Origin: Octopus sinensis
Lineage: Eukaryota
Length of the DNA: 64,000 bases
Direction: 5' to 3'
Assembly: GCF_006345805.1 (NCBI RefSeq)
Contig: NC_042997.1
Coordinates: 151,466,001-151,530,000 of the forward strand
The position numbers and the translations under genes were made by a program. Shown one piece after another: positions 26,630-39,021 of this stretch. The first letter of the stretch is position 1. Each line of letters opens with the position of its first letter. Under the pieces are notes generated by a model. That model worked only from the letters and a program-made list of their open reading frames with translations, was not told the origin of the DNA and did not search any database.

Positions 26630-26785
26630 TATAGACGCATAGGACCATTTTCCAGGTTTCCATGGCGTATATATCTCCCACTTGGACGAAACACCGGTCT
26701 GCAGCAGGGTTATTCGTTTTTGCCAGTTGAGTGGACTGGAGCAACGTGAAATTAAGTGTTTTTGTTCAAGAACACAACCCGTCAC
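26630..26785 (-). mobile_element. Truncated SINE fragment
   Basis: Minus strand GTTGTGTTCTTGAACAAAACACTTAATTTCACGTTGCTCCAGTCCACTCAACTG resembles conserved SINE central domains. Confidence 0.5.
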
Positions 26786-27606
26786 GCAATCTACAATCTA
26801 CAAGGCCCAAACCACTAAGACACTAGCCCCCACTACATCAGGTTTGGTCTGGGCAAACAAAACAGCAAAGCGTTCAGAACTAACTGGATACCGGTGGGAG
26901 TACAGATTTTTAATGTACACTGCTATCCAGACATTTAACTGTTCATTTTCAAAGTCAGCAGAATATCCTTCAGTATTTTCTCTATATTATTCAACTTTTT
27001 TCCATTCGATTTGCATAACTTTGGTTCATAAGCGTAAATCAAACATTACTTTGACATAACTTTCATCGCTTTAATGACAACATCTGGAAGTAGATAAGGC
27101 ACTAATATAGCAGCATTTAAGGTCCATTTGCTTCATGTTTACGTTTTACCGAATGTGAGAGACGAACAGAGGAGGAGAGAAGAATGCAACATATATGCAA
27201 GCTCAACATATGTGCAACTTAAAAGAAATATGTAAATATGTATTATGTTTATGTATATATATAACAATCTACCTATCACTTACCTACCTACCTACCAACC
27301 TACCTACCTACATACATACCTACCTACCTACCTACCTACCTACATACAAACATACATACATGTATACACACATACAGAAATACCTATATATATGTGTATA
27401 TGTGTATATATTTGCTCAAGTACTGTGTGTTCATCTCATACATTTATATCGTCATTACATTTTCAACGACGAAGAACCCAATATCCAGGATAACGGAGAT
27501 TCGAGGTCTTTCATAATATATTTAATGTCTCTCGCTCTCACTCTCTCTCTCTTTCTCTTTCTCTCTCTCTCTACATGCATACATAAATGCATACATATAT
27601 AACTAT

Positions 27607-27640
<34 letters not shown>

Positions 27641-27842
27641 GTTTTATATATAGATGTATATATGTATATAATACGTATATATTTTATACTTATATATATA
27701 CATATCTATATATACATATATATACTCATATATGAATATATACATATACATACATGCATACATACATACATACATACATACATACATACATACATACATA
27801 CATACATACATACATACATACATACATGCATACATACATACA

Positions 27843-27876
<34 letters not shown>

Positions 27877-28154
27877 CATACATACATACATACATACGTT
27901 CGTAAGCCACCTGCTTGTGATTAGAGAAAGAACTGGCAGATATCTCATTATTTACGGCGCGCCAAACTGGTTGGATGATATATTTTTGTATCTCAGCAAA
28001 TACAAATAAAGCGACAAAATAGATAATATTAAAGAATAATAAATGGAAAACGTAAATTGAACTTTTCTCTCCGACATTAACCGACCCCTAATGAGCTTAG
28101 AAATAAAATAGTTACATTAAATATGTGACATTGATAATGTTCATACTATTAGAG

Positions 28155-28760
28155 ATAAATCAGATAATCGAGAGTGCCCTCCTCATCGATCGCAAATAAT
28201 GGCAAATAATTGGAGCCCCTGAAGAGGAGCACTAGCCCAAAGAAGATACAATTGGAGGCATCGTCAAATGCTTTAAGAGATCGTAAACGTGATGAGTACT
28301 GTAAGAGTAAAACCCATAGCATCAGAATCTCCAGCGGCACGAAGCAAGTGATCATGACTAGGGGCAGCTTTACCATACGTGACACGGGAATGGGGTCTCT
28401 TACGTGGTGCAGATGACTGGGATTAACAAAAGAAACAAATACCATCAAGAAGAGTGGTTTGAGGCCGGATATCTTACTCCATTCTAGTTCATCAAAACAA
28501 CTGATTTTGAACAAACTGACATTTGAAAGTGAAATAAACGTAAACGTATTTCAGGCCGAAAACTTCCCAAGTCTTGTCAACAACCAAAGTAAGTCCAGCA
28601 TCCGGATCGAGGTTTTCACCATAGAATTTTGGAGCCAGAGGTTTTGTGGTCAAATCTGCTTGCTAGCTTCTCTAGGATTAATAGGACCGAAGCCTTAAAG
28701 GAGTTCGAGAAGGAACAAACACGACCTCCATAACGAGTGAAGGCAACACTTTCATATTTT
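28155..28760 (+). mobile_element. HERO-like (REL-endonuclease) non-LTR retrotransposon 3' relic
   Basis: Across frames: ALAQRRYNWRH, GLLRGADDW, LRPDILLHSSSSKQLIL and EVFTIEF..RFCGQ..LASLGL. These correspond to HERO-clade motifs GRYRWRHDQVL, GLL..A.DW, LRPDIVL and PVEVGCRGF.GQ. Confidence 0.65.
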
Positions 28761-29870
28761 AATACTAAGGGAAGTAACTCTGTGCGAGTCATTCTGGTAG
28801 CACTGATGTTTCACCGCTACTGTAACAACCGTTCTTTCTTATTTAAGTATAGGTTGCATAGCTGGGTCATCAAAGAGGACTTCGAACAAAATGGAGCATC
28901 TAAGCGCTCATACGCTACCTAGATGTAGCCTGCTCTCTTAATGGCCGAAAAATTTTCCTGGGGAGTGGTGGTGAGGAATTTCTTCTCTTAAGCTATTCTA
29001 CTGTATAGGTCTTTTGTGAGTACCTTACCATTTACAGCATCTTTTAATTAAGAATTTAATTTTGTTTTACATGAAGGTCATTAGATAGACATCACAATAT
29101 TTGCATACATACCTAAAACCAGTGATCGAAATTCGCTTCGAGATGACTCGAATGCCAATGAACTGCAAAAAACCAAAAAAAAAAAACCAAAAAAAACGAA
29201 ACATCGGTTTCAAACTTTGGCGCAATGTGAGAAATTTGGGGTGAGTGGTAAAACGATTACATCGGATCCAGCGCTCAAATGGTAATTAATTTTATCGACT
29301 CGGAAAGAACAAAAGGCAAAATCAATCACAGTTGAATTTGAGCTCAGGATATAAAAATGAACGAAATGCCTCTAAGCATTCTGCTGAGTAGGCTTAGCAA
29401 TTCTGCAAGCTCAATGCCTTAAACAGCGGAACTAACGATATGCATATTCCTCGATCATCAACTAGGCAAGCTGTGGGGCTTTCTTTGAGATATTCAGTGT
29501 CCTTTGATTTAACATTTGGCGTTTTAAAGAGAATTTCCCATCCCCCAGCTAATGATCGCATAAACATAACACACACAGTAAGGGTGTGATATTGATAATG
29601 TTTACATCAGAGCTGCTTATAGTTCAAAGCACAATATTGCTTTGCCTGTACCGTGCTGTTGCACATCATCAGATAGACAACACTGTTTCCACATATACCT
29701 CAGAGGAGCGATTGCAATTCGCTTTGAGAAGATTCCAATGCACGAAAGCGATTAACTGCAAAAACAGCGTATTATCGATATCTAACCTTTTCAATCCACT
29801 CCGAGCTGAGGTGTTTCGTATTGTTTGGTTTATTCAGTGTTTTTTCTTTTTAAATTCAACATCTTAAACG

Positions 29871-29908
<38 letters not shown>

Positions 29909-30002
29909 CACACGCGCGTACATACGTATATGTGTGTATGGGTGTGTGTATATGTGTATAAGTACGTTTGTAAGTATACGTATATATACTTAAAGATGAA
30001 CA

Positions 30003-30053
<51 letters not shown>

Positions 30054-31073
30054 ATTTCCAGATATACATATGTATATGTACATACATTCATACACATACA
30101 TACGTGTGTGTGAATATATATATACGTACATACATATGCATACATAAATACATGCATACAAACTTATGTACATGCATACATAGATACGTGCATACATACA
30201 TGCATACATAGATACGTGCATACATACATACATACATACATACATACATGCATACATACATACATACATACATACATACATACATACATACATACATTGA
30301 TGCATACATGCATCAAAAGACACACACGAACAGACAAAAATGATATAAGCTGAATATTCTATATATCTACCCATATATATTCTGGTTGATTTCTTTTTAG
30401 CAAATAAATATCTCTACATTCATCTTTCAATTTCCTTGTAATTATCTGCTCGTTCTTATTTGTTTTTGAAATCCGGATCATACGTGTAGACGATGAATTA
30501 TTATTGTTGTTGTTCTTGTTCTTATTATTATTTTTATTCGAATTTCATAGACGATATACGAAATACAAGTGAAATTCTAATTTGTATGATTCTATTATTA
30601 TCTATTCGTACCCAAACTATAAACAGAAAGATTTGTATATAAGAAAATATGTAAAAAATGAATGCACAAAGAAAACGACTGTGAGCGCACTGAGAAACGA
30701 TTGTCAAATCAGATAGGAAAATTATTTCTGTGAAATAATTTATATGACATAGCATTGATATTAAGAATGCTAAGGATTTATTTAAGCTAAACAATTTATA
30801 GTCGTCTATATATTACAAATTTCCATTTCCCTGTACCTTCTTATCTGCACGTCTCTCTATATTTCACTCAACATTCTTATGTGCTTACGTATTCGTAAAT
30901 ATTATATAGATATTCAAAAATACATTCCTAGATACATACATATATACTTATATACATATATATATATACATGCACACACACACATACTCAGACACACAGA
31001 CACACACACACGCACGTACGCACACACACACATATCTATATATATGCATATATATATAGATAGATAGATAAAC

Positions 31074-31142
<69 letters not shown>

Positions 31143-31261
31143 TGAAGGTTATTCCCCACGATTTCTGTATTGTTCAAGGATTTAATTGATCAACTCATTG
31201 AATTAACATGCAAAGTACCTAAATAGATATACCTATGGACCCCATGTACATATCTATCTAT

Positions 31262-31665
31262 TAAAGGCCTTCGCTCCCAATGGAGCATAAGTCATCGATG
31301 ATTTCTCTCCACTCTGCTCCTTTCTGGGCTGTCTCTCCAATATGTCCCTACTTTATGACCATTGTTTCAATATCCCGAATCCCAGCGATTTTTAGGACAC
31401 TCTCTTTTTCTTTTACCGAGTAGTGTCCAGGCCTTCCTCTTTCATGTGGTTCTCAATTATCATCGATGCTCCGGTAACTTTGTTTATTTTCATCGGTAGT
31501 GATATTCGTCCAATGCAAAACTATTTTGCCAGTGCATGAAGATGGTTCATATTAGTTTGGACTCTCTTCTTTGACCTCTGTTTGGGCGACCCTGCCAGGA
31601 GCTTACGACCGTTGATATAGCTCACAAGTTCATTACCGAACACCAGCCAAGTCACGGTGGGCAGA
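31262..31665 (-). mobile_element. RTE-clade LINE derivative: 5'-UTR-like segment joined to the ORF 3' end
   Basis: 3' part translates ..RGRPG..ETAQKGAEWREIIDDLCSIGSEG. 31560-31665 resembles the RTE 5' leader (AATGAAC..GAGCTAT..GGCAGGGTCGCCCAA). Confidence 0.55.
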
Positions 31666-32111
31666 CATATTGCAAAGAAATTGTCAGTTAGGATGAACAT
31701 GACACATCATGTCAAGTTTGAACAATTGAATTATTTTGGTAGTCCACTCGAGGCACTTTCAGTGAGTTCTGTGGAATAAATTCCAAACCCAAGATTTGAG
31801 TTCAGCGAAGTGAGTTCTAAACACACATGTCCAAGATCCTCCACATCTGTATCACCACTGCAAACTGTACTCATGACTCCTGAGGAAATATTCAACCACT
31901 CAAACATTCCTGTGCATATATATGTGAGTGTGTGTATGTACGTATATATGTATATTTATGTAGATACACAGACATACACATATTCGCACAAAACACAAAG
32001 TTATATACATACATATACAAAAACACTCTTACACATGTAAGCACACAAGTATATATATATGAATACATACATATTACATGTATGCATTCATACATACACA
32101 ACACACACACA

Positions 32112-32193
<82 letters not shown>

Positions 32194-32285
32194 CATACAT
32201 ACATACATACATACATACATACATAAACATGGTGTCCCAAAATTAAGTCAACGGATCCCGCAAGTTATTATTAATATTATTACTA

Positions 32286-32326
<41 letters not shown>

Positions 32327-32337
32327 GTTGTTGTTGT

Positions 32338-32368
<31 letters not shown>

Positions 32369-32411
32369 GGTGGTGGTGGTGGTGGTGGTGGTGTTGGTGG
32401 TGGTGGTGGTG

Positions 32412-32444
<33 letters not shown>

Positions 32445-32687
32445 TTTAAATATACGATTTAATGTTTCGTGGGTATCTTCTAAAAACTGAGATCGTCAGA
32501 ATTAAGTAAACGAATGGAGTGATGCAGGAATTGTAAATTTTAAATACTACTAGTATCACCCCTCCATCACTCCCAATGAACTATTTGGCAATAATGCACG
32601 TATCTTCTTTTAATAGTAGCCTCTTATGTAGTGAATATCTCGTTAGTTACCAAGGTGACAAAAGTTTATATATTTATCTTTTTATCA

Positions 32688-32766
<79 letters not shown>

Positions 32767-33107
32767 GAAGTCACACACCCATTTTCACTCTCTCTGTTCC
32801 TCTCTCACACACTATATTTCTCTCACAATAGCAACTTGTTTTGTATTCAAACAAATGTTACACACATTCTCTCTCACTTTCACACGCACACACATACACA
32901 CACTCTCTCTCTTTTCTCCCTCTTCCTATTTCTCCCTCTCTCTCTCTTTCCCTCACTGAATAACTTTCTCTTACCAACAACAACAAACTCTCATTACAGT
33001 GAAATTCTTTTTTTAAAGTACGTGTTGCATTGTCACTACGGCGAAAGACATAGAGAAACACACAGATACACGCAAATGCACACACGCACACACACACACA
33101 CACACAC

Positions 33108-33148
<41 letters not shown>

Positions 33149-33769
33149 CACACACACACACAACCAAAAAAGATATTGGTGTATAATGAAATACTTTTTT
33201 TTATTCAAGGTGTGTTGTGCTGATAGACCTGCACGTAAAATTCCCGCGATTTCGATCAAAACACGCTTGTTACTATGGTGACAGCACCATGTATGCATAT
33301 ACGTATCTATGTATCGATAACTCTATCTATCTATCTTTCACACGCACTCTTTCTGTCTCTGTCTGTTTGTCTCTCTCTCTCTCTCTTTCTCTCACTCTCA
33401 CACACTGTATTCCTCTCTCAACAAGTTTTCTTCTCCTTCTTTCTCTTCCTCTAGTCTATATTGTGTCGGACAGACAGACAGAGATATGTTTCTCTTTTAT
33501 AATATAATATGATATAATGTAATATAATATATATTATAATAAAATATCCTTTATGCAGTCTTCGGGCTGTGCTCACATAGTTCCCACACGCTAAAACAAG
33601 ATGAGAGTATAAAACAAAATCGAGAAAAACCGAGAAAGAGGTAGATATAAAATGTAGAATGGTGAAAGCACCGGAAACCGAAAGGATAAGGAAAAAAGAA
33701 AAGAATAAGAAAAACAAAGGGGGAAGGATTCGACTTATTTCCCCTTTGATCGTAAAGACATAAGGCTAA

Positions 33770-33852
33770 ACGGATATATGTCTAGAATCTGCAGTACAGC
33801 CTCTCAATTCGGAAAGGGTCGTATTTTCCAATACCCCAACAGGAACATCCAT

Positions 33853-33897
<45 letters not shown>

Positions 33898-34110
33898 GTA
33901 GTAGTAGTAGTAGGAGTAGGAGTAGTGTAGTAGTAGTAGTAGTACCACATACTTCAATTCTTCTAAGAATTTCATTTCACTGTTGAATTCCAGGCCTGAA
34001 ATTTCCAGCTGATGTAAGCATATGGATGGATATGATCCTGCTGGCGTATTGGAAAATACCACCCTTTCCGAATTGAGAGGATGTACTGCAGATTCTAGAC
34101 ATATATCCGT
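33770..34110. repeat. About 83-bp inverted repeat (33770-33852 / 34023-34110) enclosing a (TAC)n(TAG)n palindromic microsatellite
   Basis: ACGGATATATGTCTAGAATCTGCAGTACA.CCTCTCAATTCGGAAAGGGT.GTATTTTCCAATAC matches its reverse complement at about 90%. Confidence 0.88.
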
Positions 34111-34115
34111 GGTGG

Positions 34116-34195
<80 letters not shown>

Positions 34196-34551
34196 ATAAT
34201 AATTACAACAGCAATGCCGATAATGATAATGCCGATAATAATAATAATGGTAACGCTGGCGTTGATAATGATTCTACAAACTAGCTTAAAATGCGCGCTA
34301 TCGGGCGGTTTTTAAGCTAGCTCATGTGGAAGGCTCTTCATTGTGACTTGAGCCCAATAATGACACTACATGCATTGGGTACATATTAAATTTTATTAAA
34401 CTTGACCAATATTTTACAAGCAATGAACAATTTTCGTCAAAACAATGATATAATATGCAAAGCTTCATGATAAACAACATTTTTCTGTCTTCCCATTTTA
34501 CGTTCAGTACAAATTATATTTCTGTATAACCTCTTTCTCTCTCTCTCCTCT

Positions 34552-34600
<49 letters not shown>

Positions 34601-34938
34601 GTTGATTGTTTTCAACCATCACCATCACAAGTACCACCATATCGCCACCACAACTGCCTAAAACACACCCTTCAGACATCTCACGCCACCACTATTAACA
34701 TCTTTGACTTCGACGCCTTCCTCCTTCACCACCATCACATCCCTTACTATTACTCTCATGCTTGACCGCCTCAGCTACCACCACCACCGTCATCACCATC
34801 GCCTCCGCCTCTATCACAACTACAGCTCATACTATTACTATCACCCCAGCAAGAGGAGTAGAAGTGTCATTGAATAGTGAGAGAGCTGGCCAAATTGTGA
34901 CACACTGACACACAGAAATTCGTTTTGGCATTTATTAC

Positions 34939-34986
<48 letters not shown>

Positions 34987-34989
34987 GTA

Positions 34990-35190
34990 GATGTTTCTGG
35001 GTCTGTCTTTATTCACCCATCATCGCTTGACAATTGATGCTGGTGTGTGTACGACCCCGTAACATAGCAGTTCGGCAAAAGGACTAGGCTTGCAAAGAAT
35101 AATTCCTAGGATCGAAATATTTGACTAAAGGTGGTGCTCCAGCATGACCGCAGTCAAATGGCTGAAGCAAGTAAAAGAATAAGAGAATAA
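34990..35190 (+). mobile_element. 3' half of a CORE-type tRNA SINE
   Basis: Matches 51085-51295 (CATCGCTTGACAA...GGTGCTCCAGCATG.CCGCAGTCAAATG). Confidence 0.75.
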
Positions 35191-35405
35191 AATAATATAT
35201 TTATATTGCACGGGTTTTTCATACTGCATGAAAGAAAATCTACGTGTATGTTATTTGATTTCTACAGTTAATATACTTTTTATTTAATTAGTTTCGAAGA
35301 AGATATAAGAAAGTCACACGAATACTCACCTCTGATGTTTCCATGCTACTTATAGCAGAAACAGTTATGAGCTAATGAACACAATTGCATAACTCCCGTT
35401 TTGGT

Positions 35406-35505
35406 NNNNNNNNNNNNNNNNNNNNNNNNNNNNNNNNNNNNNNNNNNNNNNNNNNNNNNNNNNNNNNNNNNNNNNNNNNNNNNNNNNNNNNNNNNNNNNN
35501 NNNNN
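35406..35505. other. Assembly gap (100 N)
   Basis: Exactly 100 N, typical of a scaffolding spacer; true distance and orientation across it are unknown. Confidence 0.99.
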
Positions 35506-35564
35506 TAAATGTGAAGACAAACGTCAATACGAAGGGTCTTTTTTCATGCATTTACATCACAGGC

Positions 35565-35957
35565 GTGGAGGCGCAATGGCCCAGTGGTTAGGGCAGCGGA
35601 CTCGCGGTCATAGGATCGCGGTTTCGATTCCCAGACCGGGCGTTGTGAGTGTTATTGAGCGAAAACACCTAAAGCTCCACCGAGGCTCCGGCGGGAGATG
35701 GTGGTGATCCCTTGCCGTACTCTTTCACCACAACTTCTCTCACTCTTACTTCCTGTTTCTGTTGTACCTGTATTTCAAAGGGCCGGCTTGTCACTCTCTG
35801 TGTCACGCTGAAATCCCCGAGAACTACGTTAAGGGTACACGTGTCTGTGGAGTGATCAGCCACTTACACGTTAATTTCACGAGCAGGCTGTTCCGTTGAT
35901 TCGGATCAACCGGAACCCTCATCGTCGTAACCGACGGAGTGCTTTCATTCCATTCCA
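35565..35957 (+). mobile_element. Young full-length tRNA-derived SINE (family C) with 13-bp TSD
   Basis: A box TGGCCCAGTGG, B box GGTTTCGATTCC, 3' stem-loop and (CATTC)n tail; TTACATCACAGGC duplicated at 35552-35564 and 35958-35970. Confidence 0.9.
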
Positions 35958-36447
35958 TTACATCACAGGCAAGCAAAAGTTTCATGGCCCACAAATGCAG
36001 CACTTTTTGCTATACAAACATTTTGGGGGAGGCGGATAATGGAGTACATCGAACTCAGTGCTCGATAGGTACTTATTTTAATGACAGTGATAGGATGAAA
36101 CGAAAAGAAGACCTCGGTGGAAATTGAACTCGGGACTCAAAGGCGAGTGTAATGCTGTTAAGCAGTTTGTCCGTCGTGCAAACAATTCTGCCAGCCCGCT
36201 ACCTGATCGACCACAATTATAATACGTGCAAGCTAAATCTAAGTGTAATAACAGCACAATTTAAATGACCGAGTTGATCATTTGAATAATCCATGTTTCA
36301 CTGCTCTATACATATGACTTATTACTAGGTATGCGAGAAATCCTTGATTAATGTAGAGATTTTTATCAACATTTCAGTCTGAACTTCCTGTATAGCTCAC
36401 AACTATCCAAAGTACAAAAACAGATGTTTCAGTTTTTCTTTTTCTAA

Positions 36448-37065
36448 GGAGCGGCGAGCTGGCGGAAACGTTAGCACGCCGGGCGAAATGCGTAGCCGTA
36501 TTTCGCCTGCCGCTACCTTCTGAGTTCAAATTCCGCCGAGGTCGACTTTGCCTTTCATCCTTTCGGGGTCGATTAAATAAGTACCAGTTACGCACTGGAG
36601 TCAATATAATCGACTTAATCCGTTTGTCTGTGCTTGTTTGTCTCCTGTATGTTTAGCCCCTTGTGGGTAATAAAGAAATTGGTATTTCGCCTGCCGTTAT
36701 GTTCTGATTTCAAATTCCACCGAGCACGACTTTACCTTTCATCCTTTCGGGGTCGATAAATTAAGTATCAGTTGCGTACTGGGATCGATCTAATCGACTG
36801 TCCCCCTCCCTCAAAATTTTGGGCCTTGTGCCTAGAGTAGAAAAGAATATTTCTTTTTCTCACGGCGGTGAGATGATAGAAACTTTAGCACACCGGGTGA
36901 AATTCTTAGCGGCATTTCGTCTGCCGTCACGTTCTGAGTTCAAATTCCGCCGAAGGCGACTTTGCCTTTACGCACTGGGGTCGATGTAATCGACTTAATC
37001 CATTTCTCTGTCCTTGTTTGTCCCCTCTATGTTTAGCCCCCTGTGGGTAATAAAGAAATAAATAT
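36448..37065 (+). mobile_element. Head-to-tail cluster of family A SINE units
   Basis: Full head at 36448; headless unit joined at AAAGAAATTGGT|ATTTCG (about 36683); third unit from about 36865. Confidence 0.85.
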
Positions 37066-37694
37066 TTCTTTTCCTTTTACTACCTGATAATATGTTGGAT
37101 TTTAGAAATAGTCTTGAAGTAAAGAGGAAAGACAGTAATTAAAAGTTAATATAGATTTAGTTGTTATTGATGTTTTCGTTGTTGTTATGGTGGCTATTAT
37201 TGTTGCTGCTGTTGATGATTCTGTGTTATCTCTGTTGATGATGTTGATGTTGTTAACTCAGGTCAACAGTATGTGACCGGAATTAATAACAGAAGAAACC
37301 CAGCCGTCATTACCCGGTTGCTTTCTCTATAGAGTTATAAGAGCAGTAAGATAGCGATAATTGAATGACATATGTATAGAATATACAAAGCAAGGCAGAA
37401 AGAGAGACGGAGAGAGAGAGAGAGGAATAGGGAGAGAGAGGGAGAGAGACAGAGAGAGAGAGAGACAAAGAGACAGACTGACAGAGAAAGAGTGAGAAAA
37501 ATAAAGAAATGATTCATAAGTCTGGTGGTTACTTGATACATTCACTTAGTTTAACTTTGTATATGTGTGTGAATGTGGGCATGTGTTTTTAAGTATGTGT
37601 GCATAGCATATGTCTATACATACATATATATGTGTGTGTGCGTGTGTGTGTCTGTGTTTGTGTGTAGTTAAAGTACGATTCATGGTGTACATGT

Positions 37695-37950
37695 TACCCG
37701 CGAAATCATGGTCTAAATTCCTAGACCGAGCTGTGTGTTGTGTTCTTTAGTAAAACACAGCATCTCACGTTCATTTCAACATCTGATGCCCTGTGCACCG
37801 TGTCCCGGTTCAGGCAACGTCGATTTCTTGGCGGGAGTGAGCTGATGTACAGCACATACATTAGATCACAATAAACAAATCGTTTGTGCAGTTCGTCGGC
37901 AAAATTTTAACATCCATACGTCGTCTTCGACTGGAAAATCCATCATATAT
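37695..37950 (+). mobile_element. Degenerate tRNA-type SINE
   Basis: B-box-like GGTCTAAATTCC followed by GTGTTGTGTTCTTTAGTAAAACAC (CORE-like). Confidence 0.45.
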
Positions 37951-37996
37951 GTGTACATGTATGCGCTTTTATCTCTATCTATCTATCAATCTATCA

Positions 37997-38147
<151 letters not shown>

Positions 38148-38166
38148 TATATATATATACAGAGAG

Positions 38167-38189
<23 letters not shown>

Positions 38190-38202
<13 letters not shown>

Positions 38203-38369
38203 CTACATGTTTGTGTTTGTAGAAACAGGCACACATACATGCATTCATGAATGCACATACGAACACACCCACGTGAACACATATATTACTTGTAACAATA
38301 TTTTAAATTTAAAATAAAACACATTTTATCATATGTATTTTAGATAATATTTTTTTTTCGTTTTTTATC
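38190..38369 (-). repeat. Inverted about 180-bp copy of 46672-46850 / 48500-48680
   Basis: About 95% identical by eye; ends at an 18-bp-stem hairpin at 38370-38414. Confidence 0.88.
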
Positions 38370-38471
38370 AAAATAAACTAGCAAAAAAGATATTACTTTT
38401 TGCTAGTTTATTTTGTCCCTCTGTCTTATCTTGTGGTTCGATATGAACATTTTAGGTGGTTTTTAGAGTCA

Positions 38472-38515
38472 GGGTCTGACTGCTATTTCGGCATGGTGTT
38501 GTCTCTCAGATACCC
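38472..38515 (-). ncRNA. Degenerate minimal hammerhead motif
   Basis: GGGUAU-CUGA(-)GA-GACAACACCAUGCC-GAAA-UAGCA-GUC-AGACCC: helix I 5/6 pairs, GUC triplet, one base missing in the core. Confidence 0.45.
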
Positions 38516-38681
38516 TTTTTTATAGTTGTAAAAAATTATTACATTTGTATGGTATTTATTCCTATGCTGGCCACTTGATAATTATCGATATTAAAATATC
38601 AATACTATCCTTATTATAATATATAAATATATCTATATATTATATATAATATTATATATACACACCACACACACATATATA

Positions 38682-38714
<33 letters not shown>

Positions 38715-38980
38715 AATATGAGAGAGAGAGAGAGGAGAGAGAGAGAGAAGAGAGAGAGAGAGAGGGCTTATGAGAGTAATGGTGTCAATAAGACCATAAA
38801 TGTATTAGGTAATACTGAGTAAGTGCTCTGGACAGACTGTAGTTAAGCTCCAAGTTCGGTGATTATGCGAATGAGGAATCCAACGTAGGTCATATATCAG
38901 CTTATGTATGTATAAAAAAATTGCAGAAGGAGATAAAACTACAAGACTGTGAAAGATTTTAGAGCATTTATAATTAGAAA

Positions 38981-39021
38981 GTCTGTTTCCAGGATATTTT
39001 ATATATCTCTTCATCGGAGAC
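38981..39021 (-). ncRNA. Hammerhead-like relic with helix III deleted (same family as 18730)
   Basis: GUCU-CCGAUGA-AGAGAUAU..AUAUCCUG-GAAAC-AGAC. Confidence 0.4.

Noticed and set aside
31735-31910. Minus-strand 58-aa ORF MFEWLNISSGVMSTVCSGDTDVEDLGHVCLEL
   Set aside because: No recognisable homology and could occur by chance.
32465-32515. Minus-strand CUGACGA...GAAAC
   Set aside because: Helices I-III cannot be formed convincingly.
34277-34320. 11-bp stem hairpin CTAGCTTAAAA/TTTTAAGCTAG as a Helitron 3' end or pre-miRNA
   Set aside because: Too short, inner region poorly paired, and no associated 5' end.
35565-35645. Genuine tRNA gene
   Set aside because: No complete cloverleaf or terminator; it continues into a SINE body with tail and TSD.
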